Assembly: GCA_963771075.1 (NCBI GenBank)
Contig: CAVYSE010000027.1
Span: forward strand, 1-64,000
Length of the DNA: 64,000 nt
Source of the DNA: a candidate division FCPU426 bacterium
GTDB lineage: Bacteria; Oederibacteriota; Muellerivitia; Muellerivitales; Muellerivitaceae
Reading direction: 5' to 3'
The position numbers and the translations under genes were made by a program. A model generated the notes under the pieces. It was not told where the DNA came from. It saw nothing but the letters and a program-made list of their open reading frames with translations, and did not search any database. Every line of letters starts with the position of its first letter. Position 1 is the first letter of the stretch. Positions 42,767-50,908 of this stretch are shown one piece after another.

Positions 42767-43166
42767 ATTATAGAAAAGAGCGATCAAAAGAATTAATGCG
42801 TGGTTTTTTGCAGATGAGGATCGAGAAAAAAATTTCCATGGGGTTAGAAAATCTTTCAAAATTACAACGGATAAATTGTCCTGTTCTAAAAGTTCCTATT
42901 TATGGTTGTTTGGAAAAACCTTGTGGGAAGTATATATTTTCATTTCCGGACGATTTGAACGCAACGAATCTTAAGTCGGGATCGGATTTCGTTTTGGCTG
43001 ATGAATGGTTGGGGGATGGCGGGTTAGCTTTTAATCAAATTCTTGTTTCTGAAAAATTCAAAGAATTGTACGAAATAGAGGGCTGGAGGGGTTTGGAAAT
43101 CAATTCTGTTTGGAAAATAAGAGGGGGTAAGGAGAGTGCTAATTAGAAGTTTAGCAGGAATTTTTA

Positions 43167-43203
43167 CCTGCACATGGCCCTCGCAAAAAGGATGGTGCGC
43201 AAC
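43167..43203 (+). repeat. 37-bp dispersed repeat, copy C
   Basis: CCTGCACATGGCCCTCGCAAAAAGGATGGTGCGCAAC. Confidence 0.9.
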
Positions 43204-43270
43204 ATTTATCCATACGCTCCAAGAGTTGATCGGGGGTCAGATCGTAGCCGGTTTCAGTTTGGAAGGGTTC

Positions 43271-43307
43271 CCTGCACATGGCTGTTTCAAAAAAGATGGT
43301 GTGCAAC
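43271..43307 (+). repeat. 37-bp dispersed repeat, copy D
   Basis: CCTGCACATGGCTGTTTCAAAAAAGATGGTGTGCAAC. Confidence 0.9.
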
Positions 43308-43331
43308 AGCCTAAGGGGGATTTGTAACAAT

Positions 43332-44346
43332 GGGGCCAGGCCTACATATTACACTATATAAAATGGAGAAAACATTTAAACTGTAGCCATGCCAAGGCCT
43401 AAACGGATTCATTACGAGGGAGCGGTGTACCACGTCACCTCGCGCGGGAACGAGCGGCGCAAGATCGTCATGGACGACACGGACCGCTGGATGTTCGTGA
43501 GGCTCCTGGGGGAAATGGTCGGGGAAAACGGGGTGGTTTGCCACGCCTGGGTACTCATGGACAACCATTACCACCTGTTGCTGGAAACGCCAGGGGCGAA
43601 CCTTTCCCTGGCCATGAAGCATTTGAACGCCCTCTACACACAAAAGTTCAACAAGAAGCACCACCGCAACGGACATCTGTTCCAAGGCCGATTCAAGGCC
43701 ATCGTGGTTGAGAAAGAAAGTTATTTGAAGGAATTGTGCCGGTACCTGGTCTTGAACCCGGTGAGGGCCCGGATGGTCAAACACCCGAAAGCGTGGAAAT
43801 GGAGCAGTTACAGGGCGACGGTGGGGCTGGAAAGGCCTGAAAAATGGCTGGAAACGGATTGGATTTTAGGCCAGTTCAGGAAAGAGAAGAAAGAAGCCCA
43901 AAAAGCCTTTGTGTCATTCGTGGCGGAGGGGATGGGAAAAAAGGAATCCCCCTGGGAGAACTTGTCTAACCGGGTCTACCTGGGCGGGGAAGGTTTTTTA
44001 AGTCACGTGCACGAGGTAGGCCAAAAACACAAGCATTTGGATGTGCCGAAATATCAAAAACACGTGTTGAAACAGGATCCGGAGGCGGTTCTGAAAAAGG
44101 TGGCGAAGGTTTATGGGGAAAAGCCGGAAGAGGTATTGCGTGCGGGGCGAAGAAGGAGCGAGGCGCGGGCAGTGGCGATTTACCTGCTCAAGAAAGAATC
44201 GGGCTTAAGCCTGGGGGAAATCGGGAAAAGAATGGGGGTCGGTTTTTCGGCGGTGGGGAACCAATGGTCGAAGGTCAAAAGAAGGCTGGCCGAGGACCCC
44301 AAGTTCGGCCGGATGATTATATTGTGTAAAATGTAGGCCTGGCCCC
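43332..44346 (+). mobile_element. RAYT-like Y1 transposase unit bounded by 30-bp inverted repeats
   Basis: GGGGCCAGGCCTACATATTACACTATATAA (43332-61) matches the reverse complement of 44317-46 at 28/30. Confidence 0.85.
43389..44336 (+). CDS. REP-associated tyrosine (HUH Y1) transposase with a C-terminal DnaA-C-like HTH
   Basis: YHVTSRGN, LMDNHYHLL (HUH), GHLFQGRF, RYLVLNPVRA, WSSY; C-terminal ARAVAIYL..LSLGEIG. Confidence 0.9.
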   Translation: MPRPKRIHYEGAVYHVTSRGNERRKIVMDDTDRWMFVRLLGEMVGENGVVCHAWVLMDNHYHLLLETPGANLSLAMKHLNALYTQKFNKKHHRNGHLFQGRFKAIVVEKESYLKELCRYLVLNPVRARMVKHPKAWKWSSYRATVGLERPEKWLETDWILGQFRKEKKEAQKAFVSFVAEGMGKKESPWENLSNRVYLGGEGFLSHVHEVGQKHKHLDVPKYQKHVLKQDPEAVLKKVAKVYGEKPEEVLRAGRRRSEARAVAIYLLKKESGLSLGEIGKRMGVGFSAVGNQWSKVKRRLAEDPKFGRMIILCKM

Positions 44347-44385
44347 TGACATGCGCAGAATCGCCAAAGTCGAGTAAGTAACATG

Positions 44386-44410
44386 GGAACCGAGGGTTCC
44401 GCAAAGGGGA
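44386..44410 (+). repeat. 25-bp direct repeat, right island boundary; includes the RBS of the EVE gene
   Basis: Identical to 28933-28957. Confidence 0.9.
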
Positions 44411-44414
44411 AAAA

Positions 44415-44897
44415 ATGGGCGTGTGGGACAAGGAATACAGACACTGGTTGATGAAAGCTGAGCCCGACGTTTATCCGGTCGAACAGTGGAAGAAAGACAA
44501 GATCACCTTTTGGGACGGGGTGCGAAATTACACCGCCCGGAATTTCATGCGGGACAAGATGAAAAAGGGCGATGGGATGCTTTTCTATTATTCAGGAGGC
44601 AAACCCTCAGGCATAGCCGGGGTGGGGGAGATTGTGAAGGAAGGCTACCCCGACCACACGGCCTTTGATGCCAAAGATGTGCATTACGACCCCAAGAGTG
44701 ACCCCGCGAAACCCTCCTGGTACATGGTGGATGTAAAGTACGTCAGGGCCTGCAAGCAGATTATTCCCCTCGATTTTTTAAAGAAGGTCCCGGGGCTCAA
44801 GAATATGGCTCTCTTTAAATATTCCAGGCTTTCCGTCCAGCCGGTCACGGCCAAGGAGTGGGAAATTATCCAGGGCCTCATCGACGCCCAGGAATAG
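44415..44897 (+). CDS. EVE domain-containing protein
   Basis: WLMKAEP, WDGVRNYTARN, YDPKS, SRLSVQPV. Confidence 0.92.
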   Translation: MGVWDKEYRHWLMKAEPDVYPVEQWKKDKITFWDGVRNYTARNFMRDKMKKGDGMLFYYSGGKPSGIAGVGEIVKEGYPDHTAFDAKDVHYDPKSDPAKPSWYMVDVKYVRACKQIIPLDFLKKVPGLKNMALFKYSRLSVQPVTAKEWEIIQGLIDAQE

Positions 44898-44899
44898 TA

Positions 44900-46027
44900 T
44901 TATTTCATTTCCGCTTTTAACTTATCCCATTCGATGTGGGTGAAGGGCCGCTCTTTTTCCATCTTTAATTCCTTGGCGAGGGCCTCCAGCTTTTCCATGC
45001 GCTCCGTGTTGGAAGGATGATCCGAGAGAAAACTCTTGAAGGGCGAATCGGCGGTGGAGTTTTCGGCCTGCATTTTCTTGAAAAATCCGATGAAGGGTTC
45101 GATCGGGAGTTGGGCCCTGGAAAGAATCTGGGCGGCCCCCTGGTCGGCTTCCTCTTCTTGTTTGCGGCTGAAGGAGAGTTCACCCAGTTGGCCTAGGCCC
45201 TCGGCGGCCTTGGAAAGATCCCCACTCCCTAAAAACAGCCCCACCCATATTCTCCAACCCAATTTGTGTACCACTTGCCGGATCACGTGTCGTTTTAAAA
45301 CATGGGTCATCTCGTGCCCCAAGACCCCGGCCACCTCCTCGGGGGAGTCGGCCTGGCCCAAAAGTCCGGTCAAGACGATCACCGTTCCCCCGGGCAGCGC
45401 CATGGCGTTTGCTTGCTTGTTCTTGATGACGTAAAGCTTGAAGGGATAGCCCGGATTGTCGGGGATGGCGCTTTTAAGCCGGTCCAGGATGGCCTGGACG
45501 GCCTGGACGGCCGGATCGGTCGCAGGCAGGGGGCTGCCGAATTGGCCCCAGCCGGGCGGCATCTTGGCAGACCATTCCACTTCCTGCTTCACCGAAAAAT
45601 GCCTCAAGACCCAGGCGGTGGCGCCTTCCGTAAAGCCCCAATAAATTCCCCCGCAAATGAAAAGGGTCAGGGTCCCGGCGAGGGCGAGATTCAGCCATTT
45701 TCGCCTCACGTTGGTTTGAAACCGGTCGCCGAAATGGATCAAAAATTCGCGCTTGTCCGGCGGGACCCTCACCGAAAGGGCCATCCGAAATTCGGTTTCC
45801 TTTACCGTCAAACTGCCAATTCCCTTGGCCGGTTTGCCGGGGGTGATGAGAAGCAACTCCCCGTTCTCGCCCGCGTGGTCAAACTCCAGGGACCGGTATT
45901 CCCATTCGACTGCCGGTTTATCGTCTTGAAGAATTTGAAGAACCCTGGTTCCCAGCTTGAGGCGGCAGGCTTTGGGCCCGCCGCTCCCATCCGGGGAAAA
46001 GGCGGCCGCCGGATACTCCAGCATCAA
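44900..46027 (-). CDS. M48-family Zn metallopeptidase
   Basis: NAMALPGG, HEMTH, EEEAD, SDHP. Confidence 0.88.
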   Translation of the reverse strand: MMLEYPAAAFSPDGSGGPKACRLKLGTRVLQILQDDKPAVEWEYRSLEFDHAGENGELLLITPGKPAKGIGSLTVKETEFRMALSVRVPPDKREFLIHFGDRFQTNVRRKWLNLALAGTLTLFICGGIYWGFTEGATAWVLRHFSVKQEVEWSAKMPPGWGQFGSPLPATDPAVQAVQAILDRLKSAIPDNPGYPFKLYVIKNKQANAMALPGGTVIVLTGLLGQADSPEEVAGVLGHEMTHVLKRHVIRQVVHKLGWRIWVGLFLGSGDLSKAAEGLGQLGELSFSRKQEEEADQGAAQILSRAQLPIEPFIGFFKKMQAENSTADSPFKSFLSDHPSNTERMEKLEALAKELKMEKERPFTHIEWDKLKAEMK

Positions 46028-46725
46028 CCCCGCCTGGGCATATACCGCGTGAGCCAGTGGGCCAGGGCCTGGGGGCTTCGGCTTTGGGTGTAAACCGTGC
46101 CGGGGCCTTTAAATAAGCAGACAAAGCCCTGTCCCGAGGTGAAGGAAGTGACCAGGCCCTTGGAAGCCAGCCGGGTTTTGTAGGCGGTGGAGGCCGTCCA
46201 AGCCACCAAGTGGTGGTTGCTGACCACGTATTCTTCTTGTGCTGCCAGCTCGTGCTTGCGAATGGCGCCGTAGGAAGTCAAAACCATGGTGCCCTTGCCG
46301 GAAATGCGGGCGACGAAGAAACCCGCCCCGGAGAAAAGCCCCTGGGAGAGGTTTTGCATTTTGGGGCTGAGCTTCACGTCCTCCGTCGCCGCCAGGAAAC
46401 CGCCTTTTTGAACCATATAATCCACGCTTCCGTCCATATCCACTAATTCCACTTCTCCCGGGGGGGCTGGCGCCAATATCACCTCGCCGGGTCCGTTTTC
46501 GGCGGTCAATTTCTCGAAGAAAAAAGTCTCGCCCGTAAGCAGCTTGCGCAAAAAGGACTGTCCCAAGCCTCCCCGCATCTGGCCCCGAATGTCGATGTTG
46601 GGGCTCATGCTCACCAAGGAACCGGATTCGGCGTAGACGGTATGCCCTTGCGGTAGGTCAGCGTGAACAACGGGGAACTCACCCGAGAACATGACTTTAA
46701 ATTGGATATTGGAAGAAGACGGCAT
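46024..46725 (-). CDS. TIGR00266/AIM24 family protein
   Basis: AESGSLVSM, GETFF, GPGTVYTQSR. Confidence 0.85.
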   Translation of the reverse strand: MPSSSNIQFKVMFSGEFPVVHADLPQGHTVYAESGSLVSMSPNIDIRGQMRGGLGQSFLRKLLTGETFFFEKLTAENGPGEVILAPAPPGEVELVDMDGSVDYMVQKGGFLAATEDVKLSPKMQNLSQGLFSGAGFFVARISGKGTMVLTSYGAIRKHELAAQEEYVVSNHHLVAWTASTAYKTRLASKGLVTSFTSGQGFVCLFKGPGTVYTQSRSPQALAHWLTRYMPRRG

Positions 46726-46950
46726 GGATGCCTCCCGAAACGGATGATCAACCTAAAAACAAAAGGAGTATAAACCCGTACTGGTAAGCTTGATTTTTAT
46801 TTATCATGAAAGGATTGGGTTAAAAGGATTCAAAAGTGATAATTTACCGGCAGGAAACCTGGGAAAAATTCAGGACCAATAACAAAACTTCAATATTTCA
46901 CCGCGAAGACGCAAGGATTGCGAAGAAAAACAAAGTTTTGGTACAGGGTC

Positions 46951-47271
46951 TTAATAACCCTTGGGATTGTCCTTGGTTGTAATGGATATCTTGTAGGTCC
47001 GGCTTTCCCCGCTGACCCGGCAAAGGGCCAGGAAGGGATGGCCCAAGGCCCATTGTTTTCTCAAGTCTTCCGATTCCTTCATCAATTCCTTGATATAGAC
47101 ATCCAACATTTCCTGTGCGTACTCCCGGACCCTTTCCAAACTGCGGTTATTAGGCCTTTGGAAACCGAAATGCTCATCCACATTGGCTTGAATGACAGCA
47201 GTCAATTGGGTGATGATTTTGAGTTCTTTTTCCATGGTCGAATCCCAAAGGTTCATTAAATTCCGTGACAC
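46951..47271 (-). CDS. Hypothetical protein
   Basis: Fills the gap co-directionally with its neighbours; start uncertain. Confidence 0.45.
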   Translation of the reverse strand: MSRNLMNLWDSTMEKELKIITQLTAVIQANVDEHFGFQRPNNRSLERVREYAQEMLDVYIKELMKESEDLRKQWALGHPFLALCRVSGESRTYKISITTKDNPKGY

Positions 47272-47317
47272 CTATTATACCTGACAGTTTTTTTTTCGCA
47301 CAACCCACGCGGGATTC

Positions 47318-48949
47318 CTAAAAAACGCTCACACTGTTGATGCGAGATGAAGAATCAGGCTGGGGTACGCCGGGAATCTCAAAATAAATCCAGGTATCAC
47401 CTACTCGGCCAGAGGGAGGGGTGGACATGACCCAACTTTGCGCAATAGGTTTTAAAGAGGGTAGGAAAAGAGGCCCCAACTGTAGCAGAAACAGATTGAC
47501 CGCATAGACTTGCCCCGGTTGGGGGCCAGTTAAATCCTTCTGAGTCCAATAGTCCCAATCCATACCATAAACTCTGGGATCGATGGCCCCGCCAAACTGG
47601 GCCAAGCGGACCGGGCCCCAGTGTTTTTCCCGGGCGGTCTCGGCTAGCCGTTTTAAGTCTTGGCCCATATCCAAGTTGGAATCACCCAAAAAATAGATTT
47701 TCCTTTCTTGCGGGATCAGATCATTGAAATAACTAATCATGTTGGGTTCGTTAGTTAGCGAGCTAGCGGCATGCCAGGCCAGCAACCCTGCCAGAGCGAT
47801 CCGTTGGGGTGCCCTTCCGTCCACGGTCGTCCATGCCCAAACCTGGCCCATCCATCGCACGACCCAAATGATCAAGAAGGGATAGGCGGGCAGCAGGTAC
47901 CGGACCCCGAGGTTCTGGACAGGAAGGATGGAGAGGAAGATGAGGAGGGGGGCCGCCCATATCCAGGATTCGACACGTGACTTCCACGCAAGGGTCCACC
48001 CTGCGGTGCAAAGGATCATAATAAAAAAGGGCAGGGTGGTCTTTAGCGCAAAAGTCACCGGGAAATAGAGCCAATGGTTTTGACGGGATGCCAGTCCCAG
48101 AAAATAAGTAGGATGATGGAAATCCGAGTAGTGTGCCATATCCATCAAACCATTCCAGAAATAGGCCCAAGGGGGCGAATGTTTTGGTTCCAAGAGCGTA
48201 CCGGGTAAGTAGATAAGGCAAAGGCAAGCACCAAAACCAGCTAAGCCGGCTATCCACCCCTTCACCCGAAAAGATGGCTCTGGATTGTCTTTCTGGAAAC
48301 ATTGAAATATTTGCAAAAGGACAAATAAGGGAACCAAAACCAAGGCCGAGAATTTACAGCAAACCGCAGCGGCAGCCAGAGCCCCGGCCCGGAAGCCCCT
48401 CCAGGGACCGGGATTTTCAAGATAGTATTCAAATGCCAATACTGCGGAGAAAAAGAAGAAGGTCACGGGAATATCAGCCAAGGCCACTCCGGAATAAGCC
48501 AATATCGTGGGTTCAAAGACCCAAAGAATCATGACCCCCAGAAGCACTATGGCTGAGTCTTGTTGAACTTTCCAAAACAAGAGTAAGCCGATACCCAGTC
48601 CGAAGAGGAGGCTAGCCAACCTGCCCAAGAGAACCATCCGTTCAAATTGATCCCGGTTGAGTTGGAAGAAAAAAGAATAAGCGCGTAACTGGGTTTCCCG
48701 CATTCCGAGTGGAACGGATCGATTTAAACTCAGAAATTTAAGGGGAACGGCCGCCAAGGCCTTAGGCAGGGGAGGATGATAATCGTGCGTTACGACGTCG
48801 CCCGACCAATAGAAAAATCCGTTGGTTAATTCAATCGGTTCATCGTCAGTGGGAGAATTTTCTAAAAGGTTTGGAAAAATTTGGAGGCAAAAAATTAGGC
48901 CGAAAAGGCAAAACCAGGGCCATAAAACTTCACCATTAAAAAAGCGCAT
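47318..48949 (-). CDS. GT39/ArnT-like membrane glycosyltransferase
   Basis: TDDEP, HPPLPK, KFSAL, RYLLP, DSNLDMGQDL. Confidence 0.78.
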   Translation of the reverse strand: MRFFNGEVLWPWFCLFGLIFCLQIFPNLLENSPTDDEPIELTNGFFYWSGDVVTHDYHPPLPKALAAVPLKFLSLNRSVPLGMRETQLRAYSFFFQLNRDQFERMVLLGRLASLLFGLGIGLLLFWKVQQDSAIVLLGVMILWVFEPTILAYSGVALADIPVTFFFFSAVLAFEYYLENPGPWRGFRAGALAAAAVCCKFSALVLVPLFVLLQIFQCFQKDNPEPSFRVKGWIAGLAGFGACLCLIYLPGTLLEPKHSPPWAYFWNGLMDMAHYSDFHHPTYFLGLASRQNHWLYFPVTFALKTTLPFFIMILCTAGWTLAWKSRVESWIWAAPLLIFLSILPVQNLGVRYLLPAYPFLIIWVVRWMGQVWAWTTVDGRAPQRIALAGLLAWHAASSLTNEPNMISYFNDLIPQERKIYFLGDSNLDMGQDLKRLAETAREKHWGPVRLAQFGGAIDPRVYGMDWDYWTQKDLTGPQPGQVYAVNLFLLQLGPLFLPSLKPIAQSWVMSTPPSGRVGDTWIYFEIPGVPQPDSSSRINSVSVF

Positions 48950-49010
48950 GATTCTATTTTAAATCGTCCCATTCCCAAGCTGACAAATTATTAGCGGGTA
49001 ATAGCTCATT

Positions 49011-49180
49011 TTAAAACCCGGTGACGTAAAGAAGTTTTTTCGCGGATTCGGAGGTTTTGGTAGCGTCGGCCAAGGGCGGTCCGATGGAGTCCCAGGTGCC
49101 GTTAACCAAGGCGTTGGGCTCGGACTCGTGGATGTTAAACTTTGCCGCTTCTTTTCCGTCGTAAAGGAGGACCTTTTCCA
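49011..49180 (-). pseudogene. Decayed duplicate of the leuD 3' end
   Basis: KVLLYDGKEAAKFNIHESEPNALVNGTWDS... aligns with the LeuD C-terminus at 50127-50295. Confidence 0.85.
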
Positions 49181-49248
49181 CGCATCGAGGCAAGGGAAAG
49201 GGCTATTAACATAAAACTTTTCAGCTGTCATTTGATTAAGAGTAGAAA

Positions 49249-49911
49249 CTAAAAATGGATAAAGGCGCCGGGTAATTCAGAAAAATGGTGAAGGATCCTT
49301 TTCGCGCCAGCCCTGCGCAATTCTTCCTCGGTGCCAAAGCCCCAGGTAACTCCCACGGGCTCGATATGGTTGTTAAGGGCGGCGATGACGTCATGTTCCC
49401 GGTCCCCGACCATGAAGATGGGCGTTTGGGGTTTTTCGATTTTCAGGAGATGATTGATTAACTCGGCCTTGTCCGAATGAGTCCCATCCGCCTCGCACCC
49501 GTAAATACCCCCAAAAAATCCGTCCAATTTGAAATGCTCGATGATCCTTTGGGCATAGGGCTGGAGTTTGGAAGTCGCCACGTAGAGTTTGAAGAAAGGC
49601 TGGAGGGCGGCGAGACCTTCCGGGATGCCCTCATAAACTTGGTTTTCGAACAGGCCCGATCGACCGTACTCCTCACGGTAAATCCTTAATGCTTTCATCC
49701 CGAGTGAGGCATCGCCGCCCGCCAGTTTCGCGAGGGAATCTTGAAGGGGCGGGCCCACGCACCAGTGTAAATTCACCGATGGGTCGAGGGGCATCCCCAG
49801 CTCCCTCATCGTGTAATGGATGCACTTGAAAATGCCCACTTGCGGGTCCGTCAGGGTCCCATCCAGGTCGAAAAGGATGGTGCCTTTTTGTTGGGAAGGC
49901 ATAAAAAACAC
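49249..49911 (-). CDS. HAD-family hydrolase (phosphatase)
   Basis: FDLDGTLTD, VATSK, MVGDREHD. Confidence 0.88.
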   Translation of the reverse strand: MFFMPSQQKGTILFDLDGTLTDPQVGIFKCIHYTMRELGMPLDPSVNLHWCVGPPLQDSLAKLAGGDASLGMKALRIYREEYGRSGLFENQVYEGIPEGLAALQPFFKLYVATSKLQPYAQRIIEHFKLDGFFGGIYGCEADGTHSDKAELINHLLKIEKPQTPIFMVGDREHDVIAALNNHIEPVGVTWGFGTEEELRRAGAKRILHHFSELPGAFIHF

Positions 49912-50126
49912 CTACTTCTAACGCAAAGCCGCCCCGCTGGCATGATTTGATTTCTAATCATGCGGGGCAGTACCGCCTTCAATTTAACTATTAATTGATA
50001 GGCGGCACGCCAAGAAAGACTCAAGTTTAGAAAAAAACCAAAACCCTGGATTTTAGGATTTCAGGTTTTTACCCCAATCCTTATGTTCCCTTTGCGTCTT
50101 GGCGACTTTGCGTTGGCTGTTGGTTC

Positions 50127-50729
50127 TTAGAATCCGGAGACGTAGGGCAACTTTTTCGCGATCCCGGCGGTTTTGCCGGCGTTGGCCAGGAGAAGACCGG
50201 TCGAATCCCATGTGCCGTTCACTAGGGCGTTTCGCTTGGACTCGTGGATGTCGAACTTGGCGGCTTCCTTGCCGTCACACAAGAGAACTTTTTTCTCCAA
50301 ATCCACTACGAAAGTGGCCTGCGGATTGTCCTTCACCATCTTCTGGAGCCTTTGGATTTCGGCCTGGGGCGCGGTCATGGTGGGGATGCCCAGCATGGTG
50401 CAGTTGCCGGCGAAGATTTCCGCGAAAGACTCGCCCAGGATGGCCTTGATGCCCCAGCGTAGGAGGGCCTGGGGCGCGTGCTCGCGCGAGGAACCGCATC
50501 CAAAATTCTGATTCACCAACAGCAGGCAGGCCCCCTGATACTGGGGCATGTCAAAGGGATGGCCCTTGGATTTCCCCTGGGAATCGACGCGTTCGTCCAT
50601 GAAGGGGTACTTACCCATGTTGGTAAAGGTGATTTCCTTCAGGTAGCGGGCCGGAATGATGCGGTCCGTATCTATATCATTTCCCTCAACGGGTATGGCC
50701 TTGCCGGTGATTTGGGTGATCTTGCTCAT
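50127..50729 (-). CDS. leuD: 3-isopropylmalate dehydratase small subunit
   Basis: DIDTDRIIPARYL, NFGCGSSREHAP, SFAEIF. Confidence 0.95.
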   Translation of the reverse strand: MSKITQITGKAIPVEGNDIDTDRIIPARYLKEITFTNMGKYPFMDERVDSQGKSKGHPFDMPQYQGACLLLVNQNFGCGSSREHAPQALLRWGIKAILGESFAEIFAGNCTMLGIPTMTAPQAEIQRLQKMVKDNPQATFVVDLEKKVLLCDGKEAAKFDIHESKRNALVNGTWDSTGLLLANAGKTAGIAKKLPYVSGF

Positions 50730-50780
50730 TTGTTATTCTCCTTAAAACCGAGATGAACCACGGATTAAAGCCCTAAGGCA

Positions 50781-50898
50781 CCCCTCACCCCAACCCTCTC
50801 CCTCAAGGGGCGAGGGAGACAACCTATCAACCCACTTCCCGGTCGTGAATGACTGAACCACTCCTTCTCCCCTTGAGGGTGAAGGCCGGGATGAGGGG
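50781..50898. repeat. Inverted pair of CCCCTCACCCCAACCCTCTCCC-type extragenic palindromic repeats
   Basis: CCCCTCACCCCAACCCTCTCCCTCAAGGGGCGAGGGAG ... CTCCTTCTCCCCTTGAGGGTGAAGGCCGGGATGAGGGG between leuC and leuD. Confidence 0.75.
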
Positions 50899-50908
50899 TG
50901 GGGTTTCT

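Larger units (their letters stand above)
41438..43146 (+). pseudogene. Immunity-protein-like gene (CxxCG motif) interrupted by IS30
   Basis: AAGGAG RBS and ATG 41438; MCGYCGR; ILVSEKFKELYE..GWRGLE; frame is restored when the IS and one ATT are removed. Confidence 0.55.
28933..44410. mobile_element. Accessory island between glpE and the EVE-domain gene
   Basis: 25-bp direct repeats at both ends; contains transposases, a TA pair, gene fragments and a pseudogene. Confidence 0.6.

Noticed and set aside
43167..43307. CRISPR array formed by repeats C and D
   Set aside because: Only two adjacent copies, a 67-nt spacer, repeat cores differ, other copies are kb away, and no cas genes are in the window
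32687..43307. 37-bp repeats as integron attC or Xer dif sites
   Set aside because: No RYYYAAC...GTTRRRY enclosure and no IntI; only a partial XerC-arm resemblance and no XerD arm
28940..44400. AGGGTTCC as a recurring junction motif (28940, 32889, 43264, 44393)
   Set aside because: The 8-mer also occurs outside the island (near 3860 and 27107), so it is too short to support a claim
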